Below the pieces are notes generated by a model. It was not told the origin of the DNA. It searched no databases and saw only the letters and a list, made by a program, of their open reading frames with translations. Below are positions 14,101 to 26,849 of a stretch of DNA of 64,000 nucleotides, in pieces (position 1 is the stretch's first letter; the number at the start of each line of letters is the position of its first letter). The translations under genes and the position numbers were made by a program. Source of the stretch: Cenococcum geophilum (taxonomy: Eukaryota); the NCBI GenBank assembly GCA_050273025.1, contig CP158635.1, positions 23,994,001-24,058,000 of the forward strand, written 5' to 3'.

Positions 14101-14287
14101 TACACGGAGCAGAATAGGATTTAGGTAGTAGTCCTAGTAGAACTTAGCAGAATTTAGTAAAACTTGGCGGAATATAGCAGATTGCCGTCAGATTGCCGCA
14201 AATTGCCGTCTTATAGTTAGTCTTTAGTTGCTAAGTTGATGGAAACAGGTAGATGTATATAAGGTGTCACGGGGGTATCCCATGACA
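8166..14287 (-). mobile_element. Gypsy family A, inner full-length copy inserted in the pol region of the outer copy
   Basis: LTRs 8166-8667 (contains a MITE) and 13937-14287 (ends TGACA); TSD TTTAA (8161-8165, 14288-14292). Pol is colinear with the outer copy. Confidence 0.9.
8298..8438. mobile_element. 141-bp MITE inside one LTR of the inner Gypsy A
   Basis: Perfect 15-bp TIR TCCCTTGCAACGTCA/TGACGTTGCAAGGGA, plus inner GGGTCCTTA/TAAGGACCC; TA TSD. Absent from the three other family A LTRs. Confidence 0.9.
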
Positions 14288-16477
14288 TTTAAGGAGCTTA
14301 AGCTTAAATTTATTATAGTTAGGTATAACTAGGCGGTTTTAGTAGTATAGGCGGTTCTTATAGGCTTTGTATTTACTTAAAGAAATCCTTTTAAAGCGTC
14401 TAATGCTATTTTGTATTAGCTTAAGCGTCTCTTAAATAAACTCGTTATTTAGGTATTTATTAGTTATAATCTATTTAATAAATTAATTAGTTATTTTAAG
14501 GACGTATACCATAATATCTTTAGTAGGAGGGTTAAATAGCTTAGGGCAAAGTAGGGTCTAATTTCGGTAAAAGCGCGTCTTATAAGCGTTAGGTTAGGGT
14601 ATTAGGCTCTTAGCCTTAAACGCTTAGGTGGTATATAATTAAGAATTAAAAATAAAATAGGTATTCTAACTAGCGGGCCTAATAGTAGCTTAGCTGTTTT
14701 ATAGTTATAAAGTACTATAGATCCTTATAGTTACTAAGGACCTTAATTAGGAATCTAGTGCCTTCTAGTTTGGGTCGCTATTGTTTAAAATATCTAATAA
14801 TAGCTAATAATTCCTTATCGTAGATCTTATAGTTATATTTAGCTAGGCTTAGTTATTTTAAGATAGGATGCCTTTAGTAATATAGTTGGATAAGTTAGCT
14901 TTTATAACACCTATTCGGTTTAAGTTAAAGTATTAAAGCACTAGCGTAGTAGTAAATATAACCTTTAAATAGGTAAAGGCCTTTTTATATTCCTTATTAA
15001 AGATAAAGGCTTTATCCTTTTAGGTTAGAGCTATAAGTGTTACGGTGCTGTAATAAAGTAGACTAAATAACTATGTTATAGTATAAAGAGGAGAAGAAGG
15101 TGAAAGGGAGTATTGTATATAAATAGTAGGGCCAGCCGCCAAGGCGCTAGTAGTGGGCTAGTTAATAGTAGGAAATAGTATAAGATAGTATAAGATAGTA
15201 TAAAATAGTATGCGTTAGGTTAGTACCGTAACAGTACTCCCCTTTCTAAAAGGTTTAGTCCCTAAACCAAATAAGTAACTTATTTTTACTATAAAGATAT
15301 TACTTCTACTTACCGCTCTTAACTAAGCTAATAGCGATTTTCTATACCGGGTATGGAAAATCCTAATTAGTTAGTTTAATAAATAAAGTTGGTAGAACTT
15401 TATACCGCTACTACATAGCGCTTCTTAGCAAAAAAAACTAACTAATTAGATAACTTTAACTGGCGATTAAAGTTTTATAAAATCTTACCTACTATAAATT
15501 ATCTTTATAGTCGGCTATAGTTTCGGCGTAACTCTCCCTTATCTTATACCTAGTCTAGGGGTTTTAGCTTCTTAAGGTATTGTTTATAGAACTTTAGTAG
15601 TACGCGCTCGCACCTTTTTAGGGATTCTTTAGGTTCCTAGGTTTCCTTATTATAATACTTCCACTTAATATAATATATTAAGCTATACTTATCTATTTAT
15701 TTATTGTGTATATTAAGGATCTTTTTAAATTCCCACTTATCTGTAATATTGCCATTGTTATCCCTTTTAGCTATCCTACCTATAATATTATAACGTTTCT
15801 CTTTATTAATATATACTTAACTAGATATCTCTTTAGGGAATTAAAGGCGGACTTTTAAAGTATAGAAAGACTTATTAACACGGCTGTAGTCTAGGAGGTT
15901 AACTATAACTACTTCTTTATAGGCAGCTAGGACAGGATAGGGTCCGTTTTAGTTATTATTCTACTTTTTCTTAGGCTGGTTAGTCTTTATATTTTTAAGG
16001 CTAACTATAACTATATTATCCTTTTTAAATATTATACCTTCGTTTTATTTTATATTAGCGTTATCTTTATAGCGTTGCTAGAAGATATAAGCTAGGGCTT
16101 TAAGTTAGGTTAAGATATACTTAAAGCGGTTAGCAATAGTATTAGCTTATAGGTACTCCTTCTTTATATATATATATAGGGCTAATGGCTAGGGGCCTGC
16201 TGGTTTAATACCTAGATATAGGTTATAGCTATAGTTGATAAAAAAACGGTGAGATTTCCGTGGTCTTATTAACCTAGTTATTTATAGTAAACTTAGTAAG
16301 GGGGAGCTAATCTACCTAATTATCTTAGGTAAAGCTTACGAAGGCGCATAGGTACTTATTTATTGCTGTATTAACAATCTTGGTTTAACTATCCATTTTA
16401 GGATGCTATATAGAGCTAGGGCTTAGGGTTACCTTTAGGCGCTAGTTTAGGCGACGCTAGAAGTTAGAAATAAATAA

Positions 16478-17144
16478 GGGCAGTGCTATTTGGACACCCC
16501 CTAATTGCTAGGTGGACACCCCCCAATTGCTAGGTAGACACCCCCCCCGAATTTGGTTCAGCGCCTGCCTCAATAGGTTAGAATATCACGTGCGTTTGAC
16601 TTGTTTGCGCCTGCATCACGAAAATCAAAGTGCGCGCCATGACTGCAACACCACGATTAAGTCTTAATTTCAGTTATAGTATAAGTAGTAAAGTCCAAAT
16701 CTGGAACGCGCTAAGGGAGCGATTAATTAGACTGCGTAGTGCTTTACAAAGCATCGTGCGAACTAATTTAGGTGCTGCCACCTCTACTTAATACCTGTAA
16801 GCTGCCTCCCCGCGCCGACGCATGCGCCCGGTAGGACTCTGGCCGGTATTTCGCTCAAATGCTGAGGGCTCTCTACAAGTAAATCTATCGACGCGGTTGG
16901 CAATTGTAGAGCTAGTTGTAGAGCCAATTGGCCAACCGCGGTAACGCTCTACAATTGCAGGCTTTTGGATGCAAAGTTAAGGCAAATGCGGTGTTGATTT
17001 GGACGGGCGCGCACTTTGATTTTCGCGATGCAGATGCAAATAAGTCAAACGCACGTGATATTCTAACTTATTGAGGCAGGCGCCAAACCTGATTTGGGGG
17101 GGGTGTCCACCTAGCAATTAGGGGGTGTCCAAATAGCACTGCCC
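16478..17144. mobile_element. Non-autonomous long-TIR DNA transposon (Mutator/MULE-like), 667 bp
   Basis: ~140-165-bp TIRs beginning GGGCAGTGCTATTTGGACACCCCC; 8-bp TSD ATAAATAA (16470-16477, 17145-17152); no coding capacity. Superfamily inferred from long G-initiated TIRs; an 8-bp TSD would also fit hAT. Confidence 0.85.
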
Positions 17145-20100
17145 ATAAATAAAGAGCCTTTATTAAAAACGATGGTATTTAGAGCGCTGTATAACTTATA
17201 AACAGTATAAATAAATGCTTTAATAAGTTCCTTAGTATTTAGGCTAGTAATAGGAATAAAGTGTCTTATCTTTATTAGGCGATTAATAACGATAAAGATA
17301 TATCTATATATTTTGCCGTTACGGAGGCACTTAGGTAGGTTAATAATGTAGTTAATAGAGATATCGGTTTATGGGCGGACTAGTAGTTTTAATAGTTTTA
17401 GGAAACTAGGCGGTACTAAGTATAGGGTCTTTATACAGAAGCAGAGAGCGTAGTCTCTTATAAAGGTAGCCGTAAACTATAAAATACCTAGCCACTAATA
17501 TGTTTAATTAAGGAGGTCTAGTATCTTAACGCGGCCTAGGTAACCCGTAGGGCCTAAACTATACGTACGGTATACAACTTCTAGTTAGAGTTTAGGTAAA
17601 TTAGGGACAAATACTTAATTCCTATAGTAGATTAGGCCGTTAATAATTAAGTATTTGGATTTATTATAGCGGAGCAGCTTCCTAATCTACTTAGCCCAAC
17701 GGCGTGCTTTATAGTCTTCCTATTTATATAGCGCAGCTAATATATTCCTAGCGAGTTTATTTTCTATATAGGTATTTTTAATAAGCTCCTTAAGGGATTT
17801 TTTCTTAGGCTTTAGGTCTATTACTATAATAAAGTCTTTATTGCTCTGGTCTTAGGATTCGCTTAATAGCTCTTCTAAGATAGTAGGGTTAACTTTCTTT
17901 AGTGGTAAGACAACACGGTCTTAGTGTTATAGACGTTTATTATTAGTATTAGCAGGTATAACGTCTAGAAGGCGGCTAAGAGCGTTTAGGATTATAGCTT
18001 TAGTGCTAGGCCTATAGGTAATAATAAAGTTAAATTAGGAAAGGAACTTAGCTTAGCGGACTTAGCGCTAGTTTAATTATTTTGTTATTATAAAGGTCTA
18101 GAGGTTCTTATAGTCCGTAATAATTTTAAACGGCTACTTAGTTTCTTATAGTTTAGATCGCTATTTTTTTAGTGCCTTAATAATTAATAGGAGCTCCTTA
18201 TTATATATTTTATAGTTATATTTAGGGGCTAAGTGCTTAGTAGAGAAGAATGCGACTGGCTTAAGCTTATTACTTTTATTAGCTTAATAGAGCACTCTAC
18301 CTAAAGCCTAGTTTAAGGCGTCTGTCTTTACTATAGTCTTCTTTATATAATTATAATATGCTAGGACCGGTATTATAGTAAACGCTATTTTTAGGGTCTG
18401 GAACGCTTATGTTTAGTTAGGGCCCTATAACTAGCTAATGTTCTTCTTTAGTAGCCTAGTTATAGGCTTAACTACCTTAGAGTAGCCTTAGATAAATTAT
18501 TAGTAGAAGTTCGCGAAGCTAAAAAATTGCTATAGTTTCTTAACTAATATCGGGTCCTTCTATTCCTGTAAGGCCTACACCTTTTTAGGGTCCATAGTTA
18601 TGCCATTAGTCAAAATAATTAAGCTAAGGTATTTTATTTTAGTAGCATAAAACTTAAACTTATTAATATTAATCTAGAGTCTAGTATTACTAAGTCTCTA
18701 GATAATTTTATTTATATATTTTATATGCTTAGCGCGTGTTTTTAAAAAGATAAGGATATTATTAAGATACGTAGTGTAGTAGTTGTTAAGGGCGTTATAT
18801 AGAATATAGTTAATATAGTTTTAAAATATAGCGGGTGTGTTATAGAGACTAAATAGTATAACTAATATTTTATAGAGCCTAAACTGGGTAATAAATGCTA
18901 TAAGCCACTTATAGCCTTTTATAATCTAGATTTGGTTAAATGTAGTAATTATATTAAGCTTAGTAAAGTACTTAGCACTATAGAGTGCGTTAAGTATCTT
19001 ATAGACTAGTGGCAATAGATACCGATTCTTAATAGTAACTATATTTAGGCCTTAGTAGTTATAGTAGATTTACATACTACCGTCAGGTTATACGGTAAGG
19101 AGGAGTAGTATAGCAGCTAGTAAGGTTAATTCGCGGATAAAACCCTTATCTAGTATCTTATTAATCCACTTCTTTATATAACTAAGTTTAGTAGGTAAGA
19201 GTGGTCTATTTTTATAATACGGGGCCTGCTTTCTGGGTATAATCTTAATTTTATAGTCCTATAGTTGGTAAGAGGGCAGCTTATCTATATTTTTTTAGAG
19301 AGGAAGTGTTTAATATATTCGTGAAACTCTTTTAGTAAGCGTTATAAAATATCTTTACAGGTTAATCCTAGTTTGCCTTTTAGAAATTTCTTAATATTAG
19401 TATTAACTATCTTTTAGCGTAGAAACTTAGACTTTATTTTTAGGTTTATCTTAAGGAAGTTATAAAAATAAGGGGGTAGCACTTTACGGGCTTCGTCTAT
19501 TATATAGTTGCCTTTTACTAGCTGGCGGAAAGACCTTTTTAATAGGTTTAGTACTTCTATTAGGCCTATAGGCAGTTCCTTAAGCAGCTATTAATACTCT
19601 TCTTATTTAGTTAGTTCTACTAGCTCCGCTATATAGATCCTTATTACCTTTACATCTTTTTATTTATAGAACTAGGTAAAATATACGGCATAAGTATATC
19701 TAATGTCGTCTAGGTTGGGGCGTGTTTAGTTTTTTAGTGCTATAGCTAGGCTAGCACAGCTTAGTTAGCCTAGGGGGGCGGAAATAAGGCGGCGGCCCTA
19801 TATGGTACGCATGGGGGATAGGTATAAGGTTAGGCGTTATAGGGGGGAGGTCTTAATTGCTCTGGTTTTGGTCTTAGCTATAACGCCCTTAGCTATTATA
19901 TATGCGGTCGTATATACATATAGCAAATAACTTAGGGTTAGGTGTCTTATTGGCTAACCTAGGTTAAGCAGATGTATATAGGGGACTTATAGTTCTAGCG
20001 GTATTTATTTTTTAGGGAATAGGGCAGTGGCCTAGTCTTTTAGAATCTCTACTTAGTTTACTGCGTATATTAGCTTACTAGTATTAGGCACCTCTTTTAC

Positions 20101-21908
20101 TATTAGCTAATAGTATCTAAGTATTGGCCGTGTAATGCGTCCGTATAGTACTACTCGGTTATAGTTAGAAATATACTATAGAAGATAGCTATAGGCATAG
20201 TAATTAGAGTTAAACTTAAGCTCTAGGGCGGGGAAGTCTACCCTTAGGTTGTTCTTTTTAAGCTAGGGCATTTTAAGAATTACTAGTATAGAGGGTAATA
20301 ACTTTATAATATAGAAGAGTATAGATTTTGTATAGTAGCTAATTATTATTATTGCTATAAAGTAGTGGGTAATAAACCCGGATGGGAGTTTATTAGTAAA
20401 GTGGAGTAGTTTTAAAACTAGGAGTCTTTTTGTTATAATATTATACTTTTTTATAAGCGAGTCTTTATCTGTAAACGCTAGTGCTATACTACTAGTGTTA
20501 ATAAGGCTTACTGTTTTAATAAGAACTTATAGAAGTAGGTTACGCGGTAAAAAGAGGTAGGTTTAAATAAGGATGGCATTCTTATCGCTATTTATTATTC
20601 TAAGGTTAAGTAGTAACTGGCTTAAAATAAGGTTTAACTAATCTAGTAGTATAGATCTATTTCTTTTATCCTTCTCCCTGTATGGTTCTAACCCTTAGAG
20701 GTAACTTAGTCTAAGGATTGGCCTTTTAATAGCTGAATTATAGGGCTTAGTTGGTAGCTATGGTCTTAGCTAATATATTTTAACGTGCTGGTCTTTAACG
20801 GTGTATACGTACCAGAGGGTATTTTATTAATAATATAGCTGGTTTTATAATTGGTAGTAGTATAGAGCATTTATCCATAGTTCGCGTACGGGACTATTAG
20901 CTAAGGCTATATTGGGGAAGGAAATTATAGGGGTAGGTCTTTATGTCTAAACCTACGTCCTTATCTACAGTTGCCGCCTTAATTACTATCCCCTTTATTA
21001 AAGAATCCGCCGCGGCTAAAAGGGGGTTGGCGTGGTAGCATTAGAAGGGGATTTAGGTTCTTTTAGGGGTTATAAGCATTTTTTTAGTAGCTAGGTTAAC
21101 CATATGCTATATAGAGTCTATTATCTATATAATATCTTCAGACGTTATTAAGGAGACTATTACTACCGCTGCTGAACTTAACGGCGTTAAGGTTTATTAG
21201 GTCATTCTACAGTAATATAGGTTAATAGCTGCTAGCGGTATTTAGCTTAGCGGTATTTAGTTTAGTATAGTAGGTATAGTTCTATAGGTTATAAGCAAAT
21301 ATATCTATCTGCTTACTCTAGCCTTTATAGTTAATATCACCAATTTTGCGGCTAAGGGTAAGGGCTAGGTCCTTTATCTTAGAGGAAATATTCTTCTTAA
21401 GCAGATCCACTTTTTATTCCTTAGTCTTATTTGCTTTAATTATTAACTTATTAAGCTCTACTTTCTAGGACCAGTAGTTACGCTTACCTTGGCTTAATGT
21501 GTCTAGCTTATTTTTAGCTGCTTAGGTTATATCTATAGTTTTATAGTACTTCCTTATATATACGAACATAGACTCTTAGTTAGAGAAGGTCTATTTGCTT
21601 AAGTTGTTTAGGTATATACGTAGCATATTAAGGCCATGCTTAACATAGTTATAAGCCTTATCTATTAGCATATCTAATATATAGAGGACTTCGTCCATTA
21701 GGGTCTTAAAGTACTTTATATCCCTCTAGAAAACGCCTTAGATCTTTATTTCCCATATTTTAAAAATTTCTTACTTTTTAGTTGGTAATACCTTACCATT
21801 AAATAGGGTTAGATCTTTTATTTCGCGCTTTTTTCTACAGGGCTTAGTTAGAAAAGGAGAGCTAGTAGCGGTATTCTTGTCGGTAATGGTTTGGGTAAGT
21901 ATAGTAAT

Positions 21909-22090
21909 TGTAACCGACTACGGTGCTGCCGAGACAGCCTCAACGCCACCCAATATATTGATCGCAGATCAATATTGCTTGCAGATCACTGTTCCCATTT
22001 CAGCTACCATTTCATGTATATATACCTCTTGATACCCATAGATTTACAATCAAGTTGCTCGTTCAATTCCCACACACTGCAAAGCTTACA
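21909..22090 (+). mobile_element. Solo LTR related to the Copia LTR at 36611-36833
   Basis: Termini TGTAACCGACTAC...CACTGCAAAGCTTACA are shared with the Copia LTR; TSD GTAAT (21904-21908, 22091-22095). Confidence 0.85.
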
Positions 22091-23315
22091 GTAATCTAAA
22101 GGCTTAGACTTTATATAGTCTAAGTATTTATAAAGGCTTACTGTTTGTATTATTGTATATATAGTTTAAGCGTCTTAAGGGAGTTAATTCTGTGCTAAGC
22201 TTCTTTAAGTTAGGACTTTATAGTTCGGCCTTTATTATAGACGGCTTAAAGACCGCTCTTAACGCTAATTAGAAAAGTTGTATATATAGAGAGGTACTAA
22301 AAGATTCCTGCTATGTTAAGGTCCTTAGGGTACTCCGGGCTACTCCTAATTGCCTAGGCAATATAGGTATAGGAGGTATTAAAAAGGCAGGCGAGTGCTT
22401 CGTGTGTATTTATTAATGAGGTATTATCTATATTATAGTCGCCTATTTTAAGGGATCTATATAAGGCAATTAAAGTCTATAGGGCTAGCTATAGTACTAA
22501 GATTATTTATAACTATGCTAGGGTTGTCTAGAACTTATAATATAGTGTTATTAGTCGCGCTAGGTCGCAATTATACTAGGAAAACGAAAATAATAGACTA
22601 GGAAAAAACAAAGGTTGTAATGGGGCGCAATTAGGGATACTATAAACTGTTATAGTGCTGCAATAAAGTAAACTAAATAACTATGTTATGGTATAAAGAG
22701 AAGAAGAAGGTAAAAGGGGGTATTATATACAAATAGTAGGGCCAGCCGCTAAGGCGCTAGTAGTGGGCTAGCCAATAGTAGGAAATAGTACGAGACAGTA
22801 CGAGACAGTATAAAATAGTATACTTTAGGTCAGTGCCGTAACAATAAGGGGTAAAACTAGGGCGGGGAAGTTATTAATAAACCGTTAGTAGAAATTAGTA
22901 AATCCTATAAAGGCTCTTACGTCCTTAACGTTCTTAGGTTCTTACTAGTTTGTAATTACTTTAACTTTCTTTAGGTCTACTTATATACTATTTATAAAAA
23001 TAAGAAGTTTAAAATATAGAACTTCCGTTTTATAAAACTTGCGTTTATCTATATCTAATTATAGACTAGCTCTATATAGGGCTTATAAAATAAGGTTAAT
23101 ATATTTCTAATATTTGGTTAGGTTATTACTATATATTAGGATGTTATTAATATAAGTAGTATAGAAGATATCTTAGTAAGGACGTAAGGTATTATTTATA
23201 TAATATTAAAATAAGCTTAGGGCATTTATAAGGCCAAATAGCGTTATTAAGTATTTAAATAATTTATACCAAGTACAAAATACAGTAAGCTATTTATCTC
23301 CTTTTACTATATAGA

Positions 23316-23508
23316 TGTGACGGCGCCAGAGCGCGTCACCTAGTCAGGGGTTCGCTTGAGACTTGGCATGTATATATAGACGTGGCCTTACCACCTTCTC
23401 TTACTCCTTAGCTTAATATCTTCATAATACAGCATTCGTTCACTTCATCTTGTAAGCATTCGTTTAAGTCTCTATTAAGACATTTGTTTAATAGTTCGAG
23501 CCATTACA
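23316..23508. mobile_element. Solo LTR (193 bp) in the RT region of the outer Gypsy A
   Basis: TGTGA...TTACA termini, TSD ATAGA (23311-23315, 23509-23513), internal TATATATAG. Interrupts sequence that is contiguous in the inner A copy (~11265). Confidence 0.85.
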
Positions 23509-26500
23509 ATAGAGACGGTTAAATACAGATAATATTAAGCTTTGTATAGTAGCGAGCCTTACTTAGTTAGTTTAGCGTCTTTTATATTAATAGGATTAGA
23601 TATTAGTTCTTAACGGTAACGGTATTAAGAGCTTAGTAGTCTATATAGAAGCGTAGACTATTACCAGGTTTCTTAACAAAGATTACTAGTACGGCTATAG
23701 GCAACAAGCTTGCTCAAATAAATCTTTTACTTAGGTTCTCATTTAAATACTTTTATAGCACTTAAAGTTTATTTTAGGATATTCTGTATAGGGGTCTAAA
23801 TTTAGGCTTCTTTTCTTTTTTAAGTATAATCTTATAGTTATATAGTTGGTATTCTAGTAACTTATTAGCTTCCTTTTATAAGAATACATCTAGGCGGTAA
23901 TAATACTCTACTAATACCTTTATAGCAGGGTAAGTGTATTTCTTTAGTACTAAGGCTTTTTTAATATTAGCTATAGTGACCGTAAAGATTATATATTTAG
24001 GTTTTTTGGCGAGTTGTGCTAGCGGGGTAGCTCTAATTATATAGATGTCTAAAGTATTAAGTTTGCTTAGGTCGTCCGTAGTTTCTTATATAGTTTTTTA
24101 TTTAGCTTTAGGTTTAGTATTAGATACGGAGTTAGTATTAAATTTAGGTTCGGGTTCTTTAAGTATTCTTTTTATTATAGGATATTAGTTCTTCTAGTAG
24201 TTTTATATACTAAGCTTAAGCTTCTGCTTAGTTTAGAGCGGTATAGTACTTAGTAATAACTTATAGAATTTAGTGAATTTTTTAGATCCTTAGTAGATGT
24301 TAGTAGGAGTTCTATACTAGTGGAATTTAGTAAAATTAAGTGGATTTTTTAGGTACGGGGTAATAGTTATAGAAAATTTAGACTAGTGGATTCTGGTGGA
24401 TTCTTTAGATTTTAGTTTAGGGTCTAAGTAGTAAGTTATAAGGCACTTCTACTTATAACGGGAGGGGGTAAATAGAAGCTTAAGATTGTTTTAATTAATA
24501 GTCACTTTATATAGCTTTATTTAAGGTTATTTTAGAATTACTAAGTAACCTAGGGTGGTAATAAAAAGCCTAATTGGTTTTTCGTGGTTTAGGTATTAGA
24601 GTCTTAGGTATACTATATAGGTAATTCGGCCTAAGACTATACGTTTACTATTAAATCTAAATACATTAATATACCGGTTAAGGGGGGTTAGGGTAGGGCT
24701 ATTATTTTATATAAAGATCTTATTAATAAATCCTATGCTACTAGCTCTTATATTAATTAAGACTTAAGCATTAGCCTATTAATTATTCTACTAAAAATAA
24801 TAGTTAATAATTATAATATAATCCTAAGAGTTAGAGTTCGTAATATTTAAAGTATTTAATAAGATCCTAAGGCAGAGCCGTTTTAAAGAGCGACTTAGCT
24901 CCAGGACCTTCCTTTTAGAGATAATTAGGGCGGAGTTCTTATAGCGCGTTAGTCGTAACTTTATCCTCATAAGTGGTACTTATTAGATAATGTGTTAGAG
25001 CTAGATAATAATTAGGGTTAGTAAATAGGGCTTAGTTAAGGTAATCGGTTGCTTATACTAGTTATCTATTTATATAATTAGGATAATAAAATACCGCCTA
25101 TACTAGTTATCTATATATATATTTAGGGCAGCGGGATAGAGCAGTAGCTTAAGATATAAGCGTTGCTTCCGCACTTAAAATAAAGGCCATATTTAATGTG
25201 TTATTTACGTTTAGCAGACCCTTTTAGGGCGTAAGAGATTGTTCCAGCGTTAATATCTATGGTATTTAGGTCCTTATGAGTCCTAGGCGGCTAAGGGGCA
25301 GAGTATTAAGGTATATATTTTAGGGTAAGGCGTAGTATATTATTATATAAGCTATTAATAACATTAGTATAGGCGGTAAAGATATCTCGCAGCTTAACTC
25401 CTATAAGGGAAGCCTTTGGTTTAGGGTTTAGTAACTCTATTAGGCAATTAATTAAGGTGGGTTCGTTCTATCTAATCTCTTTAGTATAGTAGTAGAATTT
25501 GGCAAAGTATAATAGAAAGCTCTTAGAGCTTTATATTATTTTATTTAGTTTCTTTATACTATAGCAATTTAGTTAGGGTCGCTATAAGATGCTTTTCGTA
25601 TAGTAACTAGTTCTTTTATAGTGCTCGGCTAAAACGGGTATATAGTTTCTACGGCATCTTCTATTAGGCGGCTTATAGCGTAATATAACTAGCTATTAGG
25701 AGTTAGGTAGTAATTAATATTACTATTTAGCTTATTTTTAAGTTAGTTAAAAAAGGAGTGTAGTTTATTTTTTTTACCTAAATAGGCGGGAGGATTAGGG
25801 AGACGTTTAGTTAACTTCTTTCTAAGGGTACTAGTTAGCAAATTTAGGGTTAAAAAGCCAGTTTTAGACACGTTCTCTTTACCTAGTGTTTATAGGTTAA
25901 TACTAGTGGCGGCAAGTAGGGGTAATAGTGGGGTAGATAGTGGGTTTTAGCGGATCTCTTTAATTTCTTTTTTTCAGAGATTTAATTAACTTATAATGTT
26001 AGGCTTTTTAATAGGTAAGGGTATCTATAAAGGCTTGTTATAAGGTCTTTATTTATTTAATAGATATAGTATATAGATATTTTGCAGATATAGGGGCTTC
26101 TAAGTTATTCTATATGCTAATTAGGGCGGTATAAGGTATAGGTTTAACGTAATATAGTATTACGGAATAAGTATAAGCGACGATAATATATAGCAAAGTA
26201 GATATTATTAAGCTATATATATAAATTGTATAATAAGATTAAAACGTTAAGTAAGGAAAGAAGGTAGAAAAATAGGAAAATAGGGTATATATTATAGACT
26301 TAGTTGCTTAGTTAATACGTGCATAAAGTAGAATAGAGTTTAGGTAGTAGTCCTGGCAGAACTTAGCAGGATTTAGTAGAACTTAGTAGAATATAGCAGA
26401 ATGCGGTAGATTGCCGTTAAATCGCCACAGATTGCTATTAAATTACCGTCTTATAGTTAGTCTCTAGTTACTAAGTTAGTAAAAATAGGTAGGCGTATAT

Positions 26501-26849
26501 AAGGTGTTACGGGGGTGTCCCATAATACCTACGCAGTCGCAACTTTAAAATTACTATTTATATAGGTTAAAACCCTTATGCTATTAGTAACGCTTCAGCT
26601 AATAACCTAATTATTGCTAATAGGAGCCATGGCTGTAGGCTTGTATAGATAGTAGCATAGTTAGTTCGCGTAGTTAGTTCGCACAATTACCTACGTCTTT
26701 AGTCTGCGCTAAGGTTAATAGCTAACACGTAACTTAATAAGATAGTTTCTTGGCGTATCTATATAAACTATAACTTAGTATAAGTCCGACGCCTCTCTAT
26801 AGAGCTGCCCTTTAATCCATATATACTATTTACTCTATCTCTATTAATA

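Larger units (their letters stand above)
15038..22843 (-). mobile_element. Ty3/Gypsy chromovirus-type LTR retrotransposon, family B
   Basis: 196-bp LTRs TGTTA..TAACA at 15038-15233 and 22648-22843; TSD ATAAG (15033-15037, 22844-22848). RT, RNase H, integrase and chromodomain remnants on the minus strand (KWEFKKILN..KWKYYNKET*EP near 15630-15745). Confidence 0.9.
6491..26527 (-). mobile_element. Ty3/Gypsy chromovirus-type LTR retrotransposon, family A, outer copy (hosts nested insertions)
   Basis: LTRs 6491-6840 and 26158-26527; 5-bp TSD CCTAC (6486-6490, 26528-26532); PPT complement GTACCCCCCCCTTT after the left LTR. RIP-broken chromodomain, integrase, RNase H, RT and gag remnants on the minus strand. 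Confidence 0.9.
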
